Shown: positions 7,336 to 17,327 of the stretch, in pieces | Numbering within the stretch: the stretch's first letter is position 1 | Layout of the letters: the number at the start of each line of letters is the position of its first letter | Source of the DNA: a virus | Length of the DNA: 46,473 nt | Virus record (IMG/VR): IMGVR_UViG_3300045988_102028 | Location: 1 to 46,473 of that record | Direction: 5' to 3' (one strand) | Translations under genes and position numbers: made by a program | Notes under the pieces: generated by a model | Database searches by the model: none | The model's input: the letters and a program-made list of their open reading frames with translations, nothing else | Told to the model about the DNA's origin: nothing

Positions 7336-8865
7336 TTATTTGATGATTATTTCCGGCATGCCGCCCGCAGCCAGGTTATATCCTCCGTCACTTTGCAACA
7401 GCGGCGGCAGGTATTCGTCGTTCAGAGGAAGCTGTTTGGCGCTGTCGAGCCAAGAGAGGGCGATGTCGGGAATCGGCTCGACGCTATCGACGGTAATCCT
7501 CATACGACGGTCCGTGCCGAGTTGTCCGGCATAAAGATATACCGCCCTGTAAGGAGAGCCTTTAGCTTGAGCATATGTTTCGTAAACACCGTCGCCCTTA
7601 AAATCGGGCAGATAATACGAGCCAGATGTGGCTATTTTTAAAAACGGAGAATCCCCGGCTTCATAGTTCGACACCGTAATGCGGATTTTATACCAGTTAT
7701 CAATGGTAAAATATTCCGAAACTCTTACGTTATAGGCGTAATTAGGATCGTCGACACCCGTCCAGGTAAATGAGTTATCTCCCGTGATCTCTATCGGTTT
7801 ATCATCCCGTTGTCCTACAAGGTTCTGCGGCAGGTACTCGGCTATGCAGCCAACAGGAGTAACACGAATAGACCGGACACGAACTGTAGTTGGGGATGAT
7901 AAAATAAAGTAGCAATACAGATTATTCGAAAACAAATATCTATCTGATGGAATATAAACACCTTTAAATATCGTTATATCATCGTTATCCTCAGCAATAA
8001 GGCTAATGGATTCGTTTGACACGTAAGGGAAAAACTGGCATCTCGATACGGCGGTATTCTTGTCGATAATAACCTCGATATTATAAACATGCCCCTTTCT
8101 TGTATCGTAGGTAACCGGGGAATACATATTAGCGTTACTATTATTTCCTGAATTCAGCTCGACAACATGATTTATTTCATCATAAGTCAATACCGCATCA
8201 CCACGTGGAGCCCACCGTTCGGATGAAGTGCTGAAATTACTCTCATAACTGTTCCCCTCTCCTTTGTATGTACCCGGTAGCACATACCCCGCAGGATCGC
8301 CGTCGTTGTCGAGCGCCGCAACTTCTTCCGCGGAAAGGGCATAGTTGTAGATGCGGGACATAATCATATCGGAGCTGTTGGCCATACCCAATTGAAAATC
8401 CCCTAAATCTTTAACTGCCGACTGTTCTTTGGTCGCTTTCAGCTCACCGTTGATATATACCTTCACGGTTGTGCCCTTACGGGTAAGCACAATGTGAAGA
8501 ATATCTTCTTGAACTCCCTCGTTCAACTCAATGGAGTCAAGAAGCTGACCGCCTGACATCGGACTCTCAAATATTATCCATTGAACGGCAAATTCAGATG
8601 TTCCGTATATTAAAAGACACCCCTTCGAGAACGCATAAGGGCTCTTGGCATTGAATATGAGAGGTGAGGTTGCCTTTATCGCCCCATATAAATTGCCGAA
8701 ATACTCCAGCGTAAAGTCGTTAGTGCCAATAGGCATGGATGGGCTTTTAAACGATGTAAGAGGGGTTTTATCAATGTGTTGGTCATACCCCATCTTGACC
8801 CCCTGCTGATGTTCGCGCTCGGTACGCAACGCGGCGATCTTCAATAAACTTCGTCTGCGGTCCAT
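7336..8865 (-). CDS. Tail fibre / receptor-binding protein with a LamG (concanavalin-like) domain
   Basis: Start moved to ATG 8865 (1 nt after the upstream stop). LamG-like segment IVLTRKGTTVKVYINGELKATKEQSAV. AT-rich C-terminal half. Confidence 0.6.
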   Translation of the reverse strand: MDRRRSLLKIAALRTEREHQQGVKMGYDQHIDKTPLTSFKSPSMPIGTNDFTLEYFGNLYGAIKATSPLIFNAKSPYAFSKGCLLIYGTSEFAVQWIIFESPMSGGQLLDSIELNEGVQEDILHIVLTRKGTTVKVYINGELKATKEQSAVKDLGDFQLGMANSSDMIMSRIYNYALSAEEVAALDNDGDPAGYVLPGTYKGEGNSYESNFSTSSERWAPRGDAVLTYDEINHVVELNSGNNSNANMYSPVTYDTRKGHVYNIEVIIDKNTAVSRCQFFPYVSNESISLIAEDNDDITIFKGVYIPSDRYLFSNNLYCYFILSSPTTVRVRSIRVTPVGCIAEYLPQNLVGQRDDKPIEITGDNSFTWTGVDDPNYAYNVRVSEYFTIDNWYKIRITVSNYEAGDSPFLKIATSGSYYLPDFKGDGVYETYAQAKGSPYRAVYLYAGQLGTDRRMRITVDSVEPIPDIALSWLDSAKQLPLNDEYLPPLLQSDGGYNLAAGGMPEIIIK

Positions 8866-8866
8866 G

Positions 8867-9391
8867 CTACTCGATGATTGCGCGAAGTTCCTCGATGTTG
8901 ATCTCGTAGGCCTTGTTCGGCGCCGGGGTCTTGTAGCCCACGATCTCCACGAGGTCATCCGACCAGGTGAGTTCCGTGGCCACAGCTCCCGACGAGAAGA
9001 AGATCGCCGAGGTCCGGGCCGACTTCTCCACCGTGCCGATCTTCAGCGAAACAAGTTCCCCGCAGATGTATTTGTGATTGCCTTCGACGTTGATCGTAAC
9101 TTCCGTACCTTCCACGTTGACCACAACGGGGGCGGCCGCTGCGGCGGCTTCGAGGGCTGCGGTGGCCGCTTGTCTGGCGGCTTCGGTGGCCTCGGCGTTC
9201 TGCGAGCCGTCAATCGAGAGCATCCACCATTCCGTGTCTGTCACGGGATGGCCTGTGTTGTTGTCTTTCTTGGAGACATACGCCGACGGGGCCGCGTAGA
9301 CCATATTCAGAAATCCGTATGTCTTTTCCGGAGAATAATCACCGGCAGGAATAAGCCCCGTTCTGCCTAATGATTCAGTTACTTCTACCAT
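8867..9391 (-). CDS. Tail fibre-associated protein (174 aa)
   Basis: N-terminus GDYSPEKTYGFLNMVYAAPSAYVSKKDNNTGHPVTDTEWW resembles the common fibre N-terminal pattern; Ala-rich linker. Confidence 0.5.
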   Translation of the reverse strand: MVEVTESLGRTGLIPAGDYSPEKTYGFLNMVYAAPSAYVSKKDNNTGHPVTDTEWWMLSIDGSQNAEATEAARQAATAALEAAAAAAPVVVNVEGTEVTINVEGNHKYICGELVSLKIGTVEKSARTSAIFFSSGAVATELTWSDDLVEIVGYKTPAPNKAYEINIEELRAIIE

Positions 9392-10304
9392 CTTCGATTG
9401 TTTTTACAGAGTAAAGAATTCCGTTTTCGAGTTTGAATTTGGCCCCTTCGTAGCCGTTCTGATAAGTCACATACAACATCAGCGTCTCCGGATCGACCCA
9501 GAACAGGGGCATGATGGCGCCGCCTTCGGCGCGGTATTCAGAGGTCACGTAGTCCTTGGCCGTCTCGTCCCAGAAAGCCCAGTATTTGAGGCCCTCCACA
9601 TCCACGATCTTCGGAGGATGGTCCGCCAGAGCCTTGGCACGAGAGGACTGTTCGGCAGCATTCTTGGCGGAGGTGTCGGCTTTGTCGGCAGCCTTCGCTA
9701 CAACATCCGTTACCAATTCTTCGTCGGAGTAGATATTTCCTTCCTCGTCGGCCGTGATCTTCGGGGTCTCGCCTTTGAGGCCCGAGAATTCGAGCGCAAT
9801 GGTCCGCTTCTCGGGGGGCCCCCCTAAATCTACTTTTACACTTGGGATACCAGTTGCGCCATCGACAGAAGCAGTCACGCTTTCTATTTGCCCGGCGTCT
9901 CCGGGATCGCCTTTGAGCGTTGCGATGATTGTATTGATCTGCTCAATGGATAATTCTTCCGATGGTCCGTCCCATAACTCGATACTGGTACACCCCGGTG
10001 TAGTGATATTCATTTCGCCATCGGGAAACAAGCTATCGGGGACATCTCGTTTCATCTGATAGCACAAAATGCCGGGCGCAAGATGGTGATGATCCACAAG
10101 CACCAGAATGGAATTGTCTACAAGTGGTACACACCGCGTGTAAACGGAACCATCGAACGACGCCACATAAGTATTATATGCCGGGGTGTTCGGCGTTTTC
10201 AGTTCAATGTGCCAAGGATAATCCGGGAGTTTGTTGTCGGGGAAAGCAAACACCACCCGGAAATCACTGGCGTAGTTAATGTGGCGGATATTGTCATCTG
10301 CCAT
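9375..10304 (-). CDS. Tail or baseplate structural protein (309 aa)
   Basis: Long ORF in the tail module; no motif recognised. Confidence 0.55.
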   Translation of the reverse strand: MADDNIRHINYASDFRVVFAFPDNKLPDYPWHIELKTPNTPAYNTYVASFDGSVYTRCVPLVDNSILVLVDHHHLAPGILCYQMKRDVPDSLFPDGEMNITTPGCTSIELWDGPSEELSIEQINTIIATLKGDPGDAGQIESVTASVDGATGIPSVKVDLGGPPEKRTIALEFSGLKGETPKITADEEGNIYSDEELVTDVVAKAADKADTSAKNAAEQSSRAKALADHPPKIVDVEGLKYWAFWDETAKDYVTSEYRAEGGAIMPLFWVDPETLMLYVTYQNGYEGAKFKLENGILYSVKTIEDGRSN

Positions 10305-10306
10305 AT

Positions 10307-10687
10307 TTATTCCTCTTTGTGTTTCGGAGATACCGTTTCGTACTCGTCGTAATCCTTTGCGAGGACTTCGAAATCGTCACGGTGTTTCAGGTCTTGCGCG
10401 ATATACCATTCAGCCGCCGGAGCTGTGATATTGTCGGCGGTATATACTTTGCCTTTGTGTCTGAAAGCGATACCCCTTTTAAGGATGTATCCGCCATTTT
10501 CCTGTTTGTTCATAGTTCGTAAAATTAGTATTGCCGCATCGTGATGACAGTTCGGGCACCTGGCGTTGAATGATGCGGTGAAATCCTTACCCGTGATCTC
10601 TTCCCAGTCTGCTCTGATAACAGCTTTGTCGGCATCGGATAGAGAGGGGGCCGAAACCCTCTCTCTATACCACTCCTGTGTCTGCAT
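10307..10687 (-). CDS. Hypothetical protein (126 aa) with a CPNCHH motif
   Basis: ORF tightly packed in the tail module. Confidence 0.5.
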   Translation of the reverse strand: MQTQEWYRERVSAPSLSDADKAVIRADWEEITGKDFTASFNARCPNCHHDAAILILRTMNKQENGGYILKRGIAFRHKGKVYTADNITAPAAEWYIAQDLKHRDDFEVLAKDYDEYETVSPKHKEE

Positions 10688-10690
10688 GGA

Positions 10691-11269
10691 TTAGACCGAT
10701 GCCGAACACAGCGATTCGAGCGCCGCCTTCGTCGTTGCGTAATCCGTCTTGTAGAAGAACAGATTCGGAGTCGGGGCCCCGGTTTCGGTGATATTCCCGG
10801 TCCATCCGCCAACGTCTCCGCTCTTGTCCATGTTCAGGTCTACGCCGGTTGCGCCCTGCTCCCAGCCGATGACACCGAACGCCTGTTTGCCTGCGTCGCC
10901 TTTCTCCATGTTTTCGTAGATGCAGACATATTTGTCTTGCTTCAATCCGAGAACTGCGGCGGCATTTTCCGGGCTGTCGGCCAAAAGGGTAACGGGGAGC
11001 ACCTTGTCCCACGCAGCGTCGATGCTCGGGTTTTGGTCTGTGATGGTGATCGCCGGGGTTTCATTCGACGGGTTCCGGACCTTGTAGCCCCGCTTTCCGG
11101 TCAGAGCCACCAAGTTGGTAATCATGAAGTCCTCGCGCGTGGATTTGTCCCAGTCGATAGCATCCCGGGAGATGAAGTAAAACCATTTTTCCACGCCTTT
11201 TGCGTGGGGCTCGTTGCAATCATTGAGAATGTCTCGCCCGAGCGTAGTGGTACATGCCTGTACTGCCAT
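10691..11269 (-). CDS. Virion structural protein (192 aa; tail tube or distal tail candidate)
   Basis: First gene after promoter-like element B and downstream of the tape measure gene; function inferred from position only. Confidence 0.5.
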   Translation of the reverse strand: MAVQACTTTLGRDILNDCNEPHAKGVEKWFYFISRDAIDWDKSTREDFMITNLVALTGKRGYKVRNPSNETPAITITDQNPSIDAAWDKVLPVTLLADSPENAAAVLGLKQDKYVCIYENMEKGDAGKQAFGVIGWEQGATGVDLNMDKSGDVGGWTGNITETGAPTPNLFFYKTDYATTKAALESLCSASV

Positions 11270-11367
11270 TAGTTTGATGTGTTAAGTTGAACAAAGCACT
11301 CGCGCTTATGGCAGATGCGGCCACGATAGGGTGGTGAGATGTATGTGTTATTCCGTACATTGATTCC

Positions 11368-11430
11368 GCGGCTTATATCTTCATAAGCGTTCGTGACAAA
11401 GGTGTTAACCTTCGGCACATTGTGCAAGAA
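11368..11430 (-). promoter_or_regulatory. Promoter-like element, copy B (CTTG-N20-CACCTTTG plus hairpin GCTTAT/ATAAGC)
   Basis: Minus strand reads TCTTG CACAATGTGCCGAAGGTTAA CACCTTTG TCACGAAC GCTTAT-GAAGAT-ATAAGC. The 18-mer TCTTGCACAATGTGCCGA is identical to copy A. Coordinates are +/-1. Confidence 0.5.
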
Positions 11431-13803
11431 TTACTGATATTTTTTTCGTCCTAATTTTCCGAGACTATTTTGGACCTTAACCCGGCTTTGTCCCTTGTTG
11501 ATGTCAACTACCGAAACGATGGGTGCCGGCATATTCATCAGGGCCCGTTCCATCATGCGCTCCATCCCCTTCATTCCGTCGTTGCGCTGGGGAAGATTCG
11601 AAACACTGATGGCGTTTCCGCCGCTCGCCACGTTCATGGCCGAGAGCATTGCGCCCCAGTCGTTGACGGCCTGGGCGGTCATCACGGCCTCGCCGTTGGA
11701 TAACATTGCGGGGATGCTGTCCGAAGTGCCGGTGCCCGGGCCCGTGACAAGGCCGCCGGAGGCGTATTTCGGTGTTTCGGCAGAATCGGTGATTCTCGTG
11801 GCCTGCGCAATGGCGGCGATTACAGCGGCAATACTTGATGCAATGGTAATAGGCAACATGAACCACGGGGCTTTAGACCCTGCGGCTACGGCGTTTGCAA
11901 TAGCTTCGGCCTGTGCCAACATAACCTGAAATACTGCCAATGCTTTCGAAAATTCGGCGTAGCGTTCGCCCTCGCCGCCCAGCGCCTCGAACATTGCTGA
12001 AAAGCTACCGGTTATACCCGATAATGCGCCGAGAGTTTGCGCTGTCTGACGTGCTGATTCTTGTGCCGTGCGGTCCTGCTCCCGGGCGATGCTTTGTTCG
12101 GCATTTGCGATTTGCATACGGAGGTCTAATCGTTGCCGCTGCAATTCTACATCGTCCCAGCCCAACCGATTGACAAGCTCTTCATTGCTGGCGATATTGT
12201 CCAATTGCGACAACTGTTCTTTAGCTATTGCAACCGTTTCTTTGGCCGCTCCCAAACTTCCACCCGATAATGTGGCCTCGGTAAGCCTATTTTGGTATCT
12301 TCGGGCTTGTTCTTTTAGCTGATTTTCGAAGCCTTTAGTAATGTCATTGTTCCCTTCCTTGAAATTGGCAGCCAGTTCTTTATCCAAAGCATTTCCGATT
12401 GCCGTAATGTCTTTTACGATGGAATCCCGGGCGGCTTTTACCGCTCGTGCCCGTTGTTCTTCAAGCGTAATGCCTTTCTTTATTTTCTCATTTACTTTAT
12501 CATTGGCTGCCTCCTCAATGCCTGCACTTTTGAGCGTCTCCGATGCTGTTTTTTGGCTTTCAGCAGATACGTTTAGATATGCTTCGGCTTGAGCTTCCAA
12601 GGCGCGGACCGGGGCCATTAATTCCTCTTTTTCCGTGTCCGTATAAGGCCGTTTTATAGTCGTTAATTCCTCGTTGACAAATACTTTAACATAACCTTTT
12701 TTGATTTCCTCCTCGACCTTTTGCTGCTCAATAAGTGCTTTTTCATAGGCTTCGGCGGCCAGCTTCATCCCCGCAGCCGCCCGCGCTCGCGCATTTAGTG
12801 CATTTGTAAAATCATCCGTATGTGTTACGAGCAGGTTCTCTGCATCATTAACATTCGTTATCTTTACCCCGAGATCGTCGAATGCGTCTTTATTGTCGAC
12901 GATAAACTGCTTTCGCGCTTTTAGATCATCCCCTAAAGCCTTCCATTGAATTTGCAATTCTTTCACTTTGGCGATTTGTTCGCCGATGCCATATCCATCC
13001 TTTCCCAAGGCGTCGTTTACTCTTTGTTGGGCCTCTGCCATTGAAATCGCGGTCTCCTCGGCGGAAAACATACTTTTTACCCACGTCCCGATCTCTTTCC
13101 CGTAGGCCGTAAGCAATGTGATGCCAACAACCAACGCCGTCTGCCAAGAGACAATCGCCGAAAGCACTTGTTTGAATACCGAAACCGTCGGTTTACCTTC
13201 TGCCCGTAATGCTTTATTGGCCATCCTTGCCCGGGTCAATTCATCGGCGAACATCGGGAGGTTGTTCGAGATAGCCAAGAAAAACTGTTGCAGCGACATT
13301 GTGAGCGACGGCATTTCTCGGGCGAGTTGCTGTATTTGGAATGTAAGAGGAGTAAACCCTTTTGCCGCGCTTGCATAGTTGCCGACATTGTCCCGGAAAT
13401 TCAGCAATGATGTGTTTGCCTCGTTCAATTCAGTCTGCATCTCACGAATTTGGGCGCTCAACTTACCGCCTACATCCGCATTGTTTCGCTCCTCACGGCT
13501 CAATCGGTTGTATTGGGCCGTGAGTTTCTGTATTCCCGCCCGCAAGCCATCGACGCTGCCTTCCAGCTTGACCTCTTCACGAATGTTGGCCTGAATCTCC
13601 CGGGTGTAGGCCGACATCTCGGTCCGCAACGCCTTAATGAGCTGGGTTTGCTTGGCGACACCTTCGGCATTCCCCTCCTTTTTGAATTCTCGTAGTTTGA
13701 CTTTTGCATCATCAATAGCTGTTGAAGCAGCTTCCCATCCTTTGATTAAATCCGAGTATCTGAACTGGATATTAATAATTTTGTCGATAGTGTCCTGTGC
13801 CAT
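11431..13803 (-). CDS. Tail tape measure protein
   Basis: 790 aa; long coiled-coil N-half, hydrophobic segments, C-terminal GGLVTGPGTGTSDSIPAMLSNGEAVM motif typical of tape measure proteins. Confidence 0.8.
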   Translation of the reverse strand: MAQDTIDKIINIQFRYSDLIKGWEAASTAIDDAKVKLREFKKEGNAEGVAKQTQLIKALRTEMSAYTREIQANIREEVKLEGSVDGLRAGIQKLTAQYNRLSREERNNADVGGKLSAQIREMQTELNEANTSLLNFRDNVGNYASAAKGFTPLTFQIQQLAREMPSLTMSLQQFFLAISNNLPMFADELTRARMANKALRAEGKPTVSVFKQVLSAIVSWQTALVVGITLLTAYGKEIGTWVKSMFSAEETAISMAEAQQRVNDALGKDGYGIGEQIAKVKELQIQWKALGDDLKARKQFIVDNKDAFDDLGVKITNVNDAENLLVTHTDDFTNALNARARAAAGMKLAAEAYEKALIEQQKVEEEIKKGYVKVFVNEELTTIKRPYTDTEKEELMAPVRALEAQAEAYLNVSAESQKTASETLKSAGIEEAANDKVNEKIKKGITLEEQRARAVKAARDSIVKDITAIGNALDKELAANFKEGNNDITKGFENQLKEQARRYQNRLTEATLSGGSLGAAKETVAIAKEQLSQLDNIASNEELVNRLGWDDVELQRQRLDLRMQIANAEQSIAREQDRTAQESARQTAQTLGALSGITGSFSAMFEALGGEGERYAEFSKALAVFQVMLAQAEAIANAVAAGSKAPWFMLPITIASSIAAVIAAIAQATRITDSAETPKYASGGLVTGPGTGTSDSIPAMLSNGEAVMTAQAVNDWGAMLSAMNVASGGNAISVSNLPQRNDGMKGMERMMERALMNMPAPIVSVVDINKGQSRVKVQNSLGKLGRKKYQ

Positions 13804-13833
13804 ATATCATCATACGGTTAAATTGGTTGATAA

Positions 13834-16323
13834 TTAAGCTGTAAATATGTTTATTGGGCCTTGCTCGGGTATTACTGCTTCGCCGGTTTGCGACTCAACG
13901 GTTACGGATAATGTCTGCCCAGCATAAGCCGACAAAAATCCGGTTATGCCCAAACCATTTTTTACGTCTTCAACCGGAATATCGGCAGACCACGAATCAT
14001 CATATATCGCACTGAAATAGGATAATAATCCGGATTCGGGAATGCTTAACATGGCAGTTGCCATATAACGGTCGATAGGCTGACTTATAATGGTTATCTT
14101 CGTTATGCCTTCGGATACTGGAATATCAGACTTTGCTTTCTGGGATACTGCCACCTGCCGGCGCACGGCGTCGTTCTCCTGAATTCCCAGAATGACAGGG
14201 TTGTAATTAATTTCCTCGGTTCCGGTGTTTTCGGGGGCGGAGATCGACAGATACAGATCGCCATCCTCCTCGTACAGATCGACATAAAGACGGGAATCGT
14301 AATCGACGAGATAGGGCGTTCCGTTCGATGTTACGGTATACGCTGTGCCGTTCTCTCCGTCCGCCTCTGCGACCCATTGGCTGTTTTCATTCTTGCCGTC
14401 CAAGCGCAGGTAATAGTCTACCGTGACAACGCCGTCCGCTTTCAGTTTCAGCAGCTGGCACTCGCAAATGCCATCCTCGCCTGTTTCTACCGAATATATG
14501 GCGAATATCTGCCCGAATTGGGCTATATACACCGGCTTCGTGTAGTCGAGGTTGTAGAGATCGAGAGCCGTGAGTTTTGCCCGAATGGTGATGATCCGCA
14601 GACGGTCCACGATTTTCTGGTAGGAGGCGTATCGGGTCTTTACGATACCTTCCTCGCCGCCGAACTTCATCCACGGATCGAATACGCCAATACATCGGGC
14701 AATGCCCGACATAAACGCTCCCCGCCCCGATAATATCCGTGGCGAACACTCCGAATAAGTGATATTCTCCTTGTCTTCTGTACTGTGATCCTCGTAGATC
14801 GGCACCAATGCACAATTCACCTCGTTTGTAGTTGCGTTCTCCGACGCCGAGAAAGGCAGCGACACAAGTTCCGTTTCTTTCTCGATGTTCTCGTTTCGGA
14901 TCGTGATGGCGCCGTGCGTGTCCGCCTTTACATCATCATCATTGTCGTAGTCGAGGATGTTGCTTTGGGCGAGGTCGTCGATGGTGAAAATCGATGCGTC
15001 GGGCATATCCACCCGGTGAAAGTCGTTCAGTATTACCCGGTCGCTCCAGTCGATGATGTCGTTATTCTGAACATTGGCGATTATGTCGTCGATGCTTATC
15101 AGCTTGATCGTGTTAGGGCTGTCCTTGTCCGCATAGGCGAATAACCCGTTCATAGACATCAGGGCGAGGATAAAATCGCCCTGGGAAATGTCGGGGAGAT
15201 TGGGGGCGACGGGAAATTTATCGGGGAATATTACCGGATTATCACCGTCGCTGTCTTGCCAAACGTTAACGATTCCAGATATAACTATGCTTTCGCTGGT
15301 GGTGTAATAATATGGGGTAACCTCGATTTGTAAGAATTCACTAATATCGTAGGTCGTGGAAACATCTTCAAAATAATAGTTGTAGCCGCTTTTTCGGCTA
15401 CTAACCATTATTTGCTTTGTTTCATATTCAGATATGCCTCCAGTACTATTAAAGTTCCCGTATTTTATGGATATTGTTAAATTGGCGGAAGTTTGCCCCG
15501 GCATATAGATGGAAAAATTCCTAAATGATATATGCAGTCTTCCTTTACCGTCATTATTTATTGTGCGAGCGAATATGCCAAGGCTCCCAGCCCAATTATT
15601 AGGGTCATTCTTTATTTGGCCAGGCATAATATAGCCTGAACCTCCGTCAATAACATACGTTTCCAACCCCTTATATATCCCATTTTTCGATACAAGCGGA
15701 ATAATAGGTCCGAGGTTCTTGCTGTACGCCAGCCGCTCCTTGCCGTCGATAGTGATCCCGTTATACTTTTCGATAGCCGAAAGAATTGTTTTCACCTGCA
15801 CGGACGGGTGCAAATACTTGGGGTTCGACAACCCCATTCCGAAATTCACGCCCCAAAACGCTACACCGGGGTATTCATTGGTCGTATTTCCTTCTAAAAT
15901 GGTCGTGTTTTCGTTCCAATCGATGTGCTCCGCTTCGAGTTCTTCCAGTTGCGGCCCCAAATCCCGCAGGCCGTTATCAAACAGAGGCTGAAAGTTATCC
16001 ACGTTGCCCCACGTAAGCGTTACATTGATCGTATCCGCAATATCCGTTACCACGGCGAACCCCTGCGTGAACAGTGACACCCCGTCCTGGTACAATGCCG
16101 CCGGGAGGCGCACATACGGAGCGTCGGCATCCATATCCGGACGGGCTGCCTGACCGATAGCCTGCATATTCGTAGGCGTAGGCGGCAGCGCAACATTGTA
16201 GGACCGGTTCGACTGGATGCTGTCGAGGCTCGAAAATATTGGGCTTTGATAGAGCAGGGTTACGACTTCGTCACTCGACAGGTCGCACAGAATATCATTG
16301 ATATAAAGTTCGTAGGTCGTCAT
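13834..16323 (-). CDS. Large virion (tail or host-interaction) protein, 829 aa
   Basis: Longest ORF; sits in the structural module between head-tail genes and the tape measure; AT-rich central segment about 15200-15720. Confidence 0.65.
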   Translation of the reverse strand: MTTYELYINDILCDLSSDEVVTLLYQSPIFSSLDSIQSNRSYNVALPPTPTNMQAIGQAARPDMDADAPYVRLPAALYQDGVSLFTQGFAVVTDIADTINVTLTWGNVDNFQPLFDNGLRDLGPQLEELEAEHIDWNENTTILEGNTTNEYPGVAFWGVNFGMGLSNPKYLHPSVQVKTILSAIEKYNGITIDGKERLAYSKNLGPIIPLVSKNGIYKGLETYVIDGGSGYIMPGQIKNDPNNWAGSLGIFARTINNDGKGRLHISFRNFSIYMPGQTSANLTISIKYGNFNSTGGISEYETKQIMVSSRKSGYNYYFEDVSTTYDISEFLQIEVTPYYYTTSESIVISGIVNVWQDSDGDNPVIFPDKFPVAPNLPDISQGDFILALMSMNGLFAYADKDSPNTIKLISIDDIIANVQNNDIIDWSDRVILNDFHRVDMPDASIFTIDDLAQSNILDYDNDDDVKADTHGAITIRNENIEKETELVSLPFSASENATTNEVNCALVPIYEDHSTEDKENITYSECSPRILSGRGAFMSGIARCIGVFDPWMKFGGEEGIVKTRYASYQKIVDRLRIITIRAKLTALDLYNLDYTKPVYIAQFGQIFAIYSVETGEDGICECQLLKLKADGVVTVDYYLRLDGKNENSQWVAEADGENGTAYTVTSNGTPYLVDYDSRLYVDLYEEDGDLYLSISAPENTGTEEINYNPVILGIQENDAVRRQVAVSQKAKSDIPVSEGITKITIISQPIDRYMATAMLSIPESGLLSYFSAIYDDSWSADIPVEDVKNGLGITGFLSAYAGQTLSVTVESQTGEAVIPEQGPINIFTA

Positions 16324-17327
16324 AGATATTCGTATCTTACTATTTCAATAACAAGGTCTTGCATCGGCGTTCCTGCGTCTTCGGATTCCGAGTCTTCAAC
16401 TACAAAACGCACCCAATTGCTCGCCTTTGGGTCGTACATAAACAAATCCTGACACCCGAGGATCGTGCGGCATAAGTTGAAAATATCCCTTTCGACAATG
16501 CGGCTGTGCAGGGTATAGCGCTTGGCCAGTTTCTTGGTTTGCACGTCGCGAAGTGTCAGCGTATCGTCGAGTTGCTGGTAGGTAGAACCCACGGACATTT
16601 CGTCGGTTTGGGACTCCAGCGTCCATCGGTATAAATATGGAACTCCGGCGGCGTCCGTCCATTTCAGAAATATTCCTTTGGCGCAATAATCGTAGTAGGT
16701 TTTTATTTCAGCATTGTAATCTGTCGGAGTGGTTCCAACGGCAAGCGGTTTGCCGAGGTCTTCGGGCGGAATTTTAGTCGGGTCGAATGGAATGACGGGA
16801 GAAAATTTCGAATAGCCGATGTACTCCTCTGTTGTTGTAGAGGATGGCGTAAGCACGAAAAGCTCACTTGTTAATTTCGGGAAAAATAGTGATTGCTCGA
16901 ATCCTGCGTTCGGATATACCACAATGCAGGAAGCAGCCGGATAGAATTGCGGGAGATTTTCTCCATCACCCCAACCGGGAAAAATCTCTCGGTAGGAGAA
17001 CCCTGGGACTGCATAAAGAGCTGCGCCAACATAGGAGACTTCGGAGGCAGTAATTACATAGTTTATTGAATTGGCGTCAGTTCCCCGGATCAGACTTTCG
17101 CATACCTGCCCAATAGGAAAGACTACGACACCCACGGCATTAGTTTTGCGTGTCAAAGTGATAGATCGCGTGAAGGTCCAATCAGAGCCTCCTATCAATT
17201 TAAGAGACACGTCTATATTTTCTTTTGGGGAGAGCAGTTCAAGCCGAATATAGGCAAAACTACCCCTGGTCTCGAAAATATCCTCCGGGTAAGTAACCTT
17301 GAATACATCATTTGTGTATGATTTCAT
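16320..17327 (-). CDS. Virion structural protein (335 aa)
   Basis: Start moved to MKSYTNDVFKV (ATG 17327, ATGA overlap with the upstream stop); 4-nt overlap with the downstream gene. Confidence 0.6.
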   Translation of the reverse strand: MKSYTNDVFKVTYPEDIFETRGSFAYIRLELLSPKENIDVSLKLIGGSDWTFTRSITLTRKTNAVGVVVFPIGQVCESLIRGTDANSINYVITASEVSYVGAALYAVPGFSYREIFPGWGDGENLPQFYPAASCIVVYPNAGFEQSLFFPKLTSELFVLTPSSTTTEEYIGYSKFSPVIPFDPTKIPPEDLGKPLAVGTTPTDYNAEIKTYYDYCAKGIFLKWTDAAGVPYLYRWTLESQTDEMSVGSTYQQLDDTLTLRDVQTKKLAKRYTLHSRIVERDIFNLCRTILGCQDLFMYDPKASNWVRFVVEDSESEDAGTPMQDLVIEIVRYEYL

